This document shows, one piece after another, positions 35,510-44,786 of a DNA stretch of 64,000 bases. The notes beneath the pieces are model-generated. The model saw nothing but the letters and a program-made list of their open reading frames with translations. It did no database searches and had not been told where the DNA came from. Position 1 is the stretch's first letter. Every line of letters begins with the position of its first letter. Source of the DNA: an uncultured Alphaproteobacteria bacterium (GTDB taxonomy: Bacteria > Pseudomonadota > Alphaproteobacteria > HIMB59 > GCA-002718135); assembly GCA_902602515.1 (NCBI GenBank), contig CACKRG010000002.1, forward strand, positions 115,761 through 179,760. Reading direction: 5' to 3'. The translations under genes were made by a program, and so were the position numbers.

Positions 35510-36769
35510 TTATTTTGTTCCCATGCTTTGGAAAAAATCGTTGTTTGTTTTTGTGTTTTTCATCTTTTCTAACAAAAATTCCATTGACTCCGTTGTACCC
35601 ATTGGTGCTAAAATTTTTCTCAAAATAAATATTTTACCCAACTCGTCCTTGTCTAAAAGCAGCTCTTCTTTTCTAGTGCCAGATTTTCCAATATCAAATG
35701 CTGGATAAGTTCTTTTTTGACTTAATTTTCTATCTAAAACCATTTCACTATTACCTGTGCCTTTAAATTCTTCAAATATAACCTCGTCCATTCTACTTCC
35801 AGTATCAATGAGTGCTGTAGCAATTATTGTTAAAGAACCGCCTTTTTCTACATTTCTAGCAGCACCAAAAAATCTTTTTGGCCTTTGTAGGGCATTAGCA
35901 TCTACACCACCTGTTAGGACTTTTCCACTTGAAGGAACTACAGTATTATAAGCTCTCCCAAGCCTTGTTATTGAATCCAAAAGTATAACAACATCATGTT
36001 TATATTCTACAAGTCTTTTGGCTTTTTCAATTACCATTTCAGCAACCTGTACATGACGAGATGCAGGCTCATCAAAAGTAGAGCTAATTACCTCACCTTT
36101 TTTAAGAGATCTTTGCATATCTGTTACTTCCTCAGGACGTTCATCAATCAATAATACGATAAGTTTTGTATCTGGGCTGTTTGCAGTGATTGCATTAGCA
36201 ATTTTTTGCATAATAATAGTTTTTCCAGTAAAAGGTTGTGCAACTATCAATTGTCTTTGCCCTTTTCCTAGTGGTGCTATTATATCAATTATTCTTTCTG
36301 TTAAGTCTGGCATTGGTTTTTCTTGTTCTAATTTAAACCTTGAATCAGGGTATAGCGGTGTTAAGTCTTCAAAATTAACTCTGTTTTTGACTTGATCAAT
36401 ATCTTGTCCGTTAATTTTATTAATTTTAATAATAGCAAAATACCTTTCCCCTTGTTTTGGAGATCTAATATCTCCTTCTACACTATCACCTGTTCTGAGG
36501 CTAAATTTCTTAATTTGAGAAGGTGAAACATAAATATCGTCTGGTCCTGGTAGATAATTTGACTCTGATGATCTTAAAAAACCAAAACCATCTTGCATAA
36601 TTTCTATAACCCCTATCCCAGTTATTGCTGTACCTTCCTCAGCAATTGTTTTCAATATAGCAAACATCAAATCTTGTTTTCTTAAAGAAGAAGGGTTTTC
36701 AATACCTAGTTTATCGGCTTCTTTTAAAAGCTCTTCAGGATCTTTACTTTTTAATTCTTGTAGATTCAT
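35510..36769 (-). CDS. rho: Transcription termination factor Rho
   Basis: N-terminal RNA-binding domain (GFGFLR). Walker A variant (PFTGKT). 419 aa. Confidence 0.96.
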   Translation of the reverse strand: MNLQELKSKDPEELLKEADKLGIENPSSLRKQDLMFAILKTIAEEGTAITGIGVIEIMQDGFGFLRSSESNYLPGPDDIYVSPSQIKKFSLRTGDSVEGDIRSPKQGERYFAIIKINKINGQDIDQVKNRVNFEDLTPLYPDSRFKLEQEKPMPDLTERIIDIIAPLGKGQRQLIVAQPFTGKTIIMQKIANAITANSPDTKLIVLLIDERPEEVTDMQRSLKKGEVISSTFDEPASRHVQVAEMVIEKAKRLVEYKHDVVILLDSITRLGRAYNTVVPSSGKVLTGGVDANALQRPKRFFGAARNVEKGGSLTIIATALIDTGSRMDEVIFEEFKGTGNSEMVLDRKLSQKRTYPAFDIGKSGTRKEELLLDKDELGKIFILRKILAPMGTTESMEFLLEKMKNTKTNNDFFQSMGTK

Positions 36770-37145
36770 ATAATTGATTGGTGGTAGGAATGAAATATCT
36801 TATTACAAAAAAATAATATTAATGTCAAAATAATTATATTAATAATTAAATAGTGATAGTTGTTGGTAAGGTAAATAACCTTAATAAAAGATATTTAATA
36901 TTTTTTTCAAATAAATACCAACATATTAATAAAAAGTGGTTATTAATTCAAAATTATTAATAAACTAAAAATAACATGTTTTTTCAAAAACTTAAAAAAT
37001 AATAAAATTGCTAATAAATTGTTAGTCTTTGTGTATAAAATAAATAATAACAGACCATGAATAACTTTAAGATGTTTTATTAAATTGTTAACAATCTAGA
37101 TTTATAAAATAACTTTTTTTTCACACATTCAATATTTTTTTAATT
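36770..37145. other. Candidate chromosomal replication origin (oriC) region
   Basis: Longest non-coding gap in the core part (376 bp) and extremely AT-rich. Lies between rho and maf-aroE-coaE-dnaQ, the position of Cori in Caulobacter-type alphaproteobacteria. Two relaxed DnaA boxes (TTWTNCACA): TTATACACA (minus strand, 37030-37038) and TTTTTCACA (plus strand, 37117-37125). Confidence 0.4.
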
Positions 37146-37766
37146 ATGTTAATAAGTAATATAGATATCAACATGAATTTACACAAAAAATATGTCTTAG
37201 CAAGCTCTAGTAAATCAAGACAAATGGTTTTAAAAAATTGTGGATTTATGTTTACTCAAGTAAAACCAAAGTGTGATGAAGAAGAAATTAAAAAAAATAT
37301 TAAAAAAAATAAAGGACCAGAATATGTTGCAAAAACTCTGTCTTTTGAAAAATCTATAAGTGTTAGTCAAGACAAAAAATATTTTAATCACTATGTTGTT
37401 GGCTGTGATACACTTATTTATATTAACAATAAAATAATTGATAAGGCTCAAAATATTGAAGATGCTCACTACAAAATAAAAATGTTTTCTGGAAAAACTC
37501 ACAAAATTATTTCTGGACTTACACTCTGCAGAAGAGGTGAAAAAATCTGGCAATGTTCTGAAACAACTTTAGTAAAAATAAGACGTTTAAAAAAGGCACA
37601 AATTAATTCCTATTTAAAAAAAACAGGTAAACAAATATTAGGATCAGTTGGTTGTTACCAAATAGAATCTTTAGGCCCTAATATAATTGAGAATATAAAA
37701 GGAGATTATTTTAATGTCCTAGGATTTCCTTTGTTTAGATTTTTAAATCAAATATCAAAACTTTAA
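37146..37766 (+). CDS. maf: Maf-like nucleoside-triphosphate pyrophosphatase
   Basis: LASSSKSRQ..L...G and GCDT motifs. The probable start is the Met at 37173. Confidence 0.85.
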   Translation: MLISNIDINMNLHKKYVLASSSKSRQMVLKNCGFMFTQVKPKCDEEEIKKNIKKNKGPEYVAKTLSFEKSISVSQDKKYFNHYVVGCDTLIYINNKIIDKAQNIEDAHYKIKMFSGKTHKIISGLTLCRRGEKIWQCSETTLVKIRRLKKAQINSYLKKTGKQILGSVGCYQIESLGPNIIENIKGDYFNVLGFPLFRFLNQISKL

Positions 37767-38554
37767 TGAAAAAATTTTTTGTTATTGGAAACAAAACCTC
37801 TAAAAGCTTATCTCCACTTATTTTCAATTATTGGTTTAAAAAATATAAGATTAAAGCAAAATATGGTTATGTAGAGTTAAAAAACAGCACATTTGATAAA
37901 AAAATTAAAGAAATACTCAAAGACCATGATTTGTGTGGATTGAACATAACCATACCATTCAAAAATAAGATCATGAAACACGTAAATGTTTTTGATAAGC
38001 ACTCTAAAAAAATAAACGCAGTTAATTGTATATCAATTAAAAAAAACAAGATTAAGGGAATTAACACAGACTGGACAGGATATTTTAAATCACTTCCAAA
38101 CACACAAAACTTAAAAAAACAAAAAACCATAATAATAGGATACGGCGGGGCTGCTTTAGCTATACACTACGTTTTACAATCAAGAGGTTTTCAAGACATA
38201 TTAATTTTTAATAGAAGTAGAAAAAAACTCCTTTTTACTAAGGGTGTTAAATATACAAAAAATATTAACCTTTTAGAGAAACACCTTAGCTCAGCAAAAT
38301 TTATAATTAACACAATTCCTATAAACCTATTAAAAAAAAATAGCGCTAAACTTATAAGTAGCACAGCCCTATTAAGTGATATTGTTTACAAGCCTAAAGA
38401 AACTAATTTTTTAAAACTGTTTCCAAAAAACAAAAAAGTATATGGAATTCAAATGTTGTTAGAGCAAGCAAGGCTTTCTTTTGACCTCTGGTTTGGTTTT
38501 GTGCCAGAGGTAGATAAAAAACTTATAGAAGCATTAGAGAAAAAAATTAAATGA
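37766..38554 (+). CDS. aroE: Shikimate dehydrogenase
   Basis: VIGN..SKSLSPLI.N, NITIPFK and GYGGAA motifs. Confidence 0.8.
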   Translation: MKKFFVIGNKTSKSLSPLIFNYWFKKYKIKAKYGYVELKNSTFDKKIKEILKDHDLCGLNITIPFKNKIMKHVNVFDKHSKKINAVNCISIKKNKIKGINTDWTGYFKSLPNTQNLKKQKTIIIGYGGAALAIHYVLQSRGFQDILIFNRSRKKLLFTKGVKYTKNINLLEKHLSSAKFIINTIPINLLKKNSAKLISSTALLSDIVYKPKETNFLKLFPKNKKVYGIQMLLEQARLSFDLWFGFVPEVDKKLIEALEKKIK

Positions 38555-39147
38555 CTTTACTGGTTGCAATTACAGGCGGGATAGGTTCAGGCAAATCAAC
38601 CTTTTCAAAAGAAGTCTTAAAACGAAAATTTAAATTACTAGACTCTGATAAACAGGTAAGCCTTATATATAACAAACCCAGTAAAGATTTTAAAAACTAT
38701 TTAAAAAAAATAGGACTAGGTTCAGCATTGTTCAATAATAAACTTAATAAAAAAACTATAAGTGAAATAATTTTCTCTAACAAAGAGATTAGGAAAAAAT
38801 TAGAAAAATATATTTTTGAAATTATTAGAAAAGAAAGGTCTGATTTCATTAAAAAAGAAAAAAAACTTAAATCTGAAATAATCTTTTTTGATATACCTCT
38901 ATTGTTCGAAAACAATTTAAGTAATAATTTTGATATTATTATAACAATACTCTCAAATAAAAAAGAGAGATGGAAAAGACTAAAAAGATCAAAAAAAATA
39001 TCAAAAGAGGTGTTTCAAAAAATATTAAAATCTCAAACAAAAGATACGGTAAGAAAAGCAGGTTCAGATATAGTTATATACAACAATAAAACTATGAAAG
39101 ATTATTTAAAAAATATAAATAAGGTCTTAGACAGAATTATTTCATGA
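38551..39147 (+). CDS. coaE: Dephospho-CoA kinase
   Basis: ITGGIGSGKST P-loop and FDIPLLFE. Confidence 0.85.
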   Translation: MTLLVAITGGIGSGKSTFSKEVLKRKFKLLDSDKQVSLIYNKPSKDFKNYLKKIGLGSALFNNKLNKKTISEIIFSNKEIRKKLEKYIFEIIRKERSDFIKKEKKLKSEIIFFDIPLLFENNLSNNFDIIITILSNKKERWKRLKRSKKISKEVFQKILKSQTKDTVRKAGSDIVIYNNKTMKDYLKNINKVLDRIIS

Positions 39148-39821
39148 GGGAAATTGTAATAGATACTGAAACCACAGGTTTGAATTACAAAACTGGTGAT
39201 AGAATTATAGAAGTTGGTTGTGTTGAATTAATGAATCACATACCAACAGGTAGAACCCTTCAATTTTATTGCAGGCCCGAGATAGGCATTTCTGATGGTG
39301 CAAAAAAAATAGTAGGTCTTTCAGATGAGTTTTTAACAGAGCAGAAACCATTTAAGGAAAACCACAAAGCCCTGCTTAGTTTTTTAAAAAATGATACTTT
39401 AATAATTCACAACTCAGAATTTGATTTAGGGTTTATAAATAATGAACTAGCAATAATAGGCTTACCACCATTAACAAACCCAGTGATTGACACTGTTTCT
39501 TTAGCAAGAAAGGTGCTTAATACAAGGATAGCAAATTTAGATTATTTGTGCCGAAGGTTTAATATAGATTTATCTGATAGGTCTTTTCACGGCGCTTTAT
39601 TAGATTCACAGCTGCTTGCCTCTGTATATCTAGAGCTAATGGGCGGCAAGCAGTTTTCAATGAAACTGGAAACCAACGACACGCACGAAAATAGTTTAAT
39701 AATAAATAATAAGAATAAAGAAAAAACTAAAGAAATCCAACTCACAGAAGAGGAGGTCTCCCATCACAAACAAATGTTAAAAAAGATAAAAAATCCACTT
39801 TGGAATAAATTTAACTACTAA
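39144..39821 (+). CDS. dnaQ: DNA polymerase III epsilon subunit (3'-5' exonuclease)
   Basis: Exo motifs VIDTETTGL, HNSEFDLGF and HGALLDS. Confidence 0.9.
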   Translation: MREIVIDTETTGLNYKTGDRIIEVGCVELMNHIPTGRTLQFYCRPEIGISDGAKKIVGLSDEFLTEQKPFKENHKALLSFLKNDTLIIHNSEFDLGFINNELAIIGLPPLTNPVIDTVSLARKVLNTRIANLDYLCRRFNIDLSDRSFHGALLDSQLLASVYLELMGGKQFSMKLETNDTHENSLIINNKNKEKTKEIQLTEEEVSHHKQMLKKIKNPLWNKFNY

Positions 39822-39849
39822 AATTGTAAAAAGTAATTATATTCGTTTT

Positions 39850-40434
39850 ATGCAATATGGGGACCTGCAATTTTTTGATATAATATTATTCGCAGTCATT
39901 GCTGGTTTTATAATTTACCGCCTAAGAAGTGTTTTGGGTAAAAGGACAGGCTTTCAGAAAGATCATAACCAACATACACCTAAATACAAGGAGGAGGAAA
40001 CAGAAACAAAAACTCAAATCCCTTCTTTGTTAGAGAATGAACTTAAATTAGAAAATGTTTATAAAAAAGTACCATCTTTTAATCACAAAGAGTTTTTAGA
40101 AGGTGCCAAAAAGGCCTTTGAAATAATAATTTCATCTTTTAATAGTGGTGATAAAAAAACATTAAAAAACTTAGTGTCAAAAGATGTTTTTTCTGCTTTT
40201 GAAAAAGCAATAGACGAAAAAGCAAATAACCCATCATCCCAGTTTTATTCTTTAATTATAGAAAGTGTGGCTGATGCAAAGGTTAACAATAACATTATTT
40301 CTATATCAATAAATTTTGTAAGTGAGCAAATGATAAATGATGATGAGGGTAAGATTATAAAAAACAAAGATACATGGACTTTTGAAAAACCCGTTAACTC
40401 TTCAAGCCCCATTTGGATACTTACACAAACTTAA
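39850..40434 (+). CDS. Tim44-like domain membrane protein
   Basis: N-terminal transmembrane helix and a C-terminal Tim44-like pattern ending in DTWTFEKP....PIWIL. Confidence 0.65.
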   Translation: MQYGDLQFFDIILFAVIAGFIIYRLRSVLGKRTGFQKDHNQHTPKYKEEETETKTQIPSLLENELKLENVYKKVPSFNHKEFLEGAKKAFEIIISSFNSGDKKTLKNLVSKDVFSAFEKAIDEKANNPSSQFYSLIIESVADAKVNNNIISISINFVSEQMINDDEGKIIKNKDTWTFEKPVNSSSPIWILTQT

Positions 40435-40437
40435 ATT

Positions 40438-40866
40438 TTGTCTTTTAACAACCTAAAAAAAAGAATCAAAAGAAATGAGGGATATTCAAATAAACCTTAC
40501 AAAGACCAGCTCAACTTTTATACTGTTGGATACGGTCACTTAATTAGAAAGTCAGAAAAATTTTATTTTAATAAAAGTTTTAAAAAAAAACATTTTGAAG
40601 ATGTTTTTAATTCAGATTTTGAAAAGGCGGTTGAAGAATATAAAAAAAATTTTTTTAAAAATAACCATACACAGTCTGAAAAAGAATTATTAATTGAAAT
40701 GGTTTACCAATTGGGCCCAAAAGGTGTTGTTAAATTTAGAAAAATGCTATTTTTTTTAAACAAAAAGCAAAAATACATGGCCTCTTTAGAGATGTTAGAC
40801 AGTTTGTGGTATTTACAAACACCTGAAAGAGTAAAAAATTTAATTAGAAACTATACAAAAAAATAA
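40438..40866 (+). CDS. T4-type (GH24-like) lysozyme homologue, no signal peptide
   Basis: TTG start. RNEGYSNKPYKDQLNFYTVGYGH matches the E...D...T(V/I)GYGH catalytic signature. Confidence 0.7.
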   Translation: MSFNNLKKRIKRNEGYSNKPYKDQLNFYTVGYGHLIRKSEKFYFNKSFKKKHFEDVFNSDFEKAVEEYKKNFFKNNHTQSEKELLIEMVYQLGPKGVVKFRKMLFFLNKKQKYMASLEMLDSLWYLQTPERVKNLIRNYTKK

Positions 40867-41405
40867 TGGAAGAAGATTATTTTTTAAAAAAAATGAAAGG
40901 TGTAAAGCCTTTTAAAAAAGACACTTCAATAGTTAAAGCCAAAACAACTAATAATAAAAATATAAAATTAGATAAAAAAACTAATTCTAAAAACACCAGC
41001 ACACAAACAATAACTGAACACAAAGTTAGTAGCTCAGAATTTAAATTATCATTTGGCGAGGTTAATAAAGACCTTAAGCGTGGAAAAATAAATATAGATA
41101 GAAAAATTGATCTTCACGGGTATGGTTTAGTTGAAGCACGTGTAAAATTTATAAGTGAAGTTAAAAAAAATTATAACAAAAATAAAAGGTGTTTGCTTAT
41201 AATTACTGGAAAAGGTGTTCATAAAAAAAATGAACACGATCAAGACTCAAGCCCCAAACTTTTTTATGGCAAGATTAAAAACTCAATAATAAACTGGATA
41301 AATGAGGATGATCTCAAAAAATACATCTTAACATACCAAGATGCAGGTTTTGAACATGGGGGCCACGGAGCCCTTTTTGTCTATTTAAGAAAAAAAAAAT
41401 TTTAA
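40866..41405 (+). CDS. Smr-domain protein
   Basis: C-terminal Smr domain with DLHG (IDLHGYGLVEA) and ITGKG. Confidence 0.7.
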   Translation: MEEDYFLKKMKGVKPFKKDTSIVKAKTTNNKNIKLDKKTNSKNTSTQTITEHKVSSSEFKLSFGEVNKDLKRGKINIDRKIDLHGYGLVEARVKFISEVKKNYNKNKRCLLIITGKGVHKKNEHDQDSSPKLFYGKIKNSIINWINEDDLKKYILTYQDAGFEHGGHGALFVYLRKKKF

Positions 41406-42076
41406 ATTTTATCTAGTTTAAACACTCTTTCTTTAAAATGAATAATAATTTTATATGGAAGCAAATCATTTTCAGTAAAAAATTCAATTTTTTTTAAATC
41501 ATTTCTTTTGTGATCAGCCCAAATATTTACATAGTCTTCAATTTTTAAAATTATCTTTCCATCTTCAACATCATTTTTTTTAAGTCTATAAATTCTCCTC
41601 CCATCAATTATTTTCATCTCATCTTTTCCATTTAAAATATTTATAAAGGAGGTGATTGGGTCAAAATATAAATACAAGCTTGATAAGTTAACTCTAGCTA
41701 CCTCTTTTTCTATGGGTTCTTGTTTTAATTCAATTAAATAATCATCAAATGACATTTTGACTATTTTTGTTTTCTTTTTTGTTTTCCACAATTGTTTATA
41801 ATTCCTGGTTTTGAATATCTTATTTTCAATAACCCCAGCCGAAATATAACTTCCTTCAAATTTATATAAAGGTGAAAAAATACCAGAATTTTTCAAATTA
41901 ATTTCTGTCTGATAAACATCATCATTAATATTTAATGACCAACTAAAATGACCAATTTTAATTCCAGTTGTGCTTACTTTATATTCAGCAATGAAATTAT
42001 TAGCATAAGATGTGTTAACTACAAATATAACAAAAAAGACCAGAAGTTTATTCAAGTATAACCTCATAAACTTCAA
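41402..42076 (-). CDS. Secreted hypothetical protein (possibly DUF3108-like)
   Basis: Signal peptide ending in SYA|NN. Overlaps the upstream glycosyltransferase gene by 29 nt. Confidence 0.45.
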   Translation of the reverse strand: MKFMRLYLNKLLVFFVIFVVNTSYANNFIAEYKVSTTGIKIGHFSWSLNINDDVYQTEINLKNSGIFSPLYKFEGSYISAGVIENKIFKTRNYKQLWKTKKKTKIVKMSFDDYLIELKQEPIEKEVARVNLSSLYLYFDPITSFINILNGKDEMKIIDGRRIYRLKKNDVEDGKIILKIEDYVNIWADHKRNDLKKIEFFTENDLLPYKIIIHFKERVFKLDKI

Positions 42077-43454
42077 GTTTTCTTTTCATAAATTTCTGAT
42101 CAGGGGAGTTTATTTTTAGCAGTTTATAATTATTATTTAAATAATTTATATCTGAAGGACTTCCAATTAAAATAAAGTTCTCATTTATATTTTTACTAAG
42201 AGGAGACACTATTTTAAAATGGTTCGTTATTTTTTCGCCTTCTTTATGGGGCATATAGAAATTAATATTCATATCTCTTAATTCAAAGTTAAGGCTTGAA
42301 AACAAAAGCCGATCTGAAACTACTATATTTTTAACAACACCATTTGAAGAATTGTTATAAATTTTTAGAGCATAATCATTTATACCGCTTATTCGGTCAA
42401 AAATTTTAGACGGATAACTCATTCCAATCATTGTAAAAAGAATAAAACATGCAGTAAAATTAAATATGAAATTAGCCATTTTTAAGAAAGAGTTATTAAT
42501 TCTAATATACAAAAGAGCAAACAGGGAAATTAAAGCTGGAGCAGCCCAATTTGCGTTAGCTCTAACAATAATAGCTTCTATTAAGACAATTAAAATTATA
42601 GGCAAAGAAAATATTAGAAATATTTTTTGAATATAGTTCTGCTTATTAAATCCAAATAAACCACCTAAAACTATAAATGGACCTAGCATTAAAACCTGAA
42701 TTAATAAAAACAGTAAACCCCTGATAAGATCTATTTCGATATTTGCAAAATTTGCATTATCTGAAGTATGTTGAAGTGTTATCCAATCATTATTAAAGTT
42801 CCAAATAATATTTGGTACGATAATTATAAACACAGATAAAAATGTAAAACTAAATCCTAATAAATTGTCCAAAAAAATTTTTCTAAATTTTTTATCAAGT
42901 AAAATTAAGACAAATAAACAGATTACAAAATATATAGCTGCGTATTTTGATAAAAAACCCAGCCCTAGAAAAATACCTAATAATATAAAATTTTTTAAAC
43001 GTTGCTCATTATTGATTTTAATTAATTCATTAAGTGAAAGCGTCCAAAACAATAATAAAAAAAGATCAGTACTAATTATAAAAGACGAAAAAGAAACAGC
43101 AGGTAAAAATAAAAAAATTAAACAACCTGCAAATGAATCTTTTTTACTTAACCCAGAGTTAATTAGAAGATTATAAATACTCCAAGCAATCAATAAATAA
43201 ACAAATAATGGTAAAAGTTTTAATGAAAGAAAACTGCTACCCAAAATTTCTGTATAAACCCTTATTATCCAAGACAAAAAAGGAGGTTTTGAAAAATAAC
43301 CAAAGTCAATATCTTTAGACCATAGCCAATACTGTGCTTCATCACCAAACAGATTAAAAGTAGTAAAATTTAACGCAACTATCTTTAATAAAAGTAAAAC
43401 AAATACTGATGGCAATAGAAATTTATTTAACATAATATTTTTTATACAGTTCAA
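42048..43454 (-). CDS. Glycosyltransferase family 39 (ArnT/PMT-like) membrane protein
   Basis: Polytopic protein. The first periplasmic loop carries GDEAQYWLWS...GYFSKPPFLSW, typical of ArnT-like lipid-linked-sugar transferases. Confidence 0.75.
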   Translation of the reverse strand: MNCIKNIMLNKFLLPSVFVLLLLKIVALNFTTFNLFGDEAQYWLWSKDIDFGYFSKPPFLSWIIRVYTEILGSSFLSLKLLPLFVYLLIAWSIYNLLINSGLSKKDSFAGCLIFLFLPAVSFSSFIISTDLFLLLFWTLSLNELIKINNEQRLKNFILLGIFLGLGFLSKYAAIYFVICLFVLILLDKKFRKIFLDNLLGFSFTFLSVFIIIVPNIIWNFNNDWITLQHTSDNANFANIEIDLIRGLLFLLIQVLMLGPFIVLGGLFGFNKQNYIQKIFLIFSLPIILIVLIEAIIVRANANWAAPALISLFALLYIRINNSFLKMANFIFNFTACFILFTMIGMSYPSKIFDRISGINDYALKIYNNSSNGVVKNIVVSDRLLFSSLNFELRDMNINFYMPHKEGEKITNHFKIVSPLSKNINENFILIGSPSDINYLNNNYKLLKINSPDQKFMKRKLEVYEVILE

Positions 43455-44757
43455 ATAAAACTATATTTAAAATAACAATAAAAAAACCAGCAAAAAAAAT
43501 ATCACTTAAAAAATGACCACCAGCCATTATCCTAATTAAACCAAGCACAAGACCAGCAACAACGCTTGCATAGAGAAAAATTATTTTTTTTGTAATTAAA
43601 TACAAAATTATAATTGAAAACCCAACAGAGGCATCGCCTGAAACAAAAGAACAATTACTTCCACAAACATTAGTAATTTCATACCACGGGGAAAAAGCTT
43701 CTTTTCCACCTAATTGTAAAATATCATTTGGTCTAGCCCTGCCCCATAAATTTTTAAGTATCAGATTTACAAAAATTAACACTCCAATAATTTGAGAACT
43801 CCACAACAAAATTATTTCCTTGATAGAAAATCTATAATTAAAAAAAATTTTATCAATTTTAGTGAAGCGTCCAACAATTGGTAAAATTAAAATATAAATA
43901 AGTATTATTGGTAATAAAATATCTCGAAATAATATTGAGGTTAAATCAAAACTTTGTAAAACAAACTGTGACGATCCATAATAAAACAGACCTGAAATAT
44001 ACAAATCTATGGATGGGCCTGAAGTAATAAACACACAACTAATTACCAAAAAAAATACATAACTATAAATTTCTGAATTGTCTTCAGGCAACAAATTTGA
44101 AAATTTATACTGGGCATATTTCTTGTCTAAGATTGTATTTATAATTTTGAAAGATATAAGTGCCAATATAGCTCCAGCAACAATATCAGTAAAAAAGTGG
44201 GCACCAACAACAACTCTACTCAAGGCAATAACAGATGCTAAAAAATAAAAAAGATATTTTAGTTTTGGAAAAGTGGCAACAAGAATAAAACAAACTATAA
44301 ATATAGTTGAGGAGTGGCCTGAAGGAAAGGAATGAAAATTTGAGTCTAAAGTAAAAAAATTAAAACCAAAAGAGTCCTCAAAATTTGTGTGATTTGGTCT
44401 TGGTCTACCAACAACATGCTTCAGAACCTGTGTTACAATTCCAACAACCAAAATATAAAAAAAAGACGATACAAAAAAATTACTTATTTTTTTTTGTTTC
44501 TCAATTTTTATAAAATCCAATCTATTGTTTAAATAAACAACACCAAATCCAATAATAGAGATAGCAAAATACCAAGACGAGCTTCCAAGCCTTGTTATGC
44601 CTTCAAAAAATTCTTTTAAATAAATACTATTAAGGCTTTTGTTAAAATCTTTAAAATAATTGTAAAGCCCTAAATCTAAATTAAATGAAATAAAAACATT
44701 TAAAGATATTATTAAAAGAACAAGCAGCTCAATTCTTATATTCCTAAAAAGACTCAT
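43423..44757 (-). CDS. Tandem PAP2 (type-2 phosphatidic-acid-phosphatase superfamily) membrane protein
   Basis: Domain 1: KHVVGRPRP / PSGHSS / SRVVVGAHFFTD. Domain 2: KNLWGRARP / VSGDAS / IRIMAGGHFLSD, in which the C2 His is replaced by Asp. Confidence 0.75.
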   Translation of the reverse strand: MSLFRNIRIELLVLLIISLNVFISFNLDLGLYNYFKDFNKSLNSIYLKEFFEGITRLGSSSWYFAISIIGFGVVYLNNRLDFIKIEKQKKISNFFVSSFFYILVVGIVTQVLKHVVGRPRPNHTNFEDSFGFNFFTLDSNFHSFPSGHSSTIFIVCFILVATFPKLKYLFYFLASVIALSRVVVGAHFFTDIVAGAILALISFKIINTILDKKYAQYKFSNLLPEDNSEIYSYVFFLVISCVFITSGPSIDLYISGLFYYGSSQFVLQSFDLTSILFRDILLPIILIYILILPIVGRFTKIDKIFFNYRFSIKEIILLWSSQIIGVLIFVNLILKNLWGRARPNDILQLGGKEAFSPWYEITNVCGSNCSFVSGDASVGFSIIILYLITKKIIFLYASVVAGLVLGLIRIMAGGHFLSDIFFAGFFIVILNIVLFELYKKYYVK

Positions 44758-44786
44758 TTTATAATTTTTAAAAATTTAAATGAGCT

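Noticed and set aside
36770-37145. CtrA-type TTAA-N7-TTAA sites in the candidate origin.
   Set aside because: TTAA is so frequent in this AT-rich gap that no spacing-specific match stood out. I also cannot confirm that the organism has CtrA.
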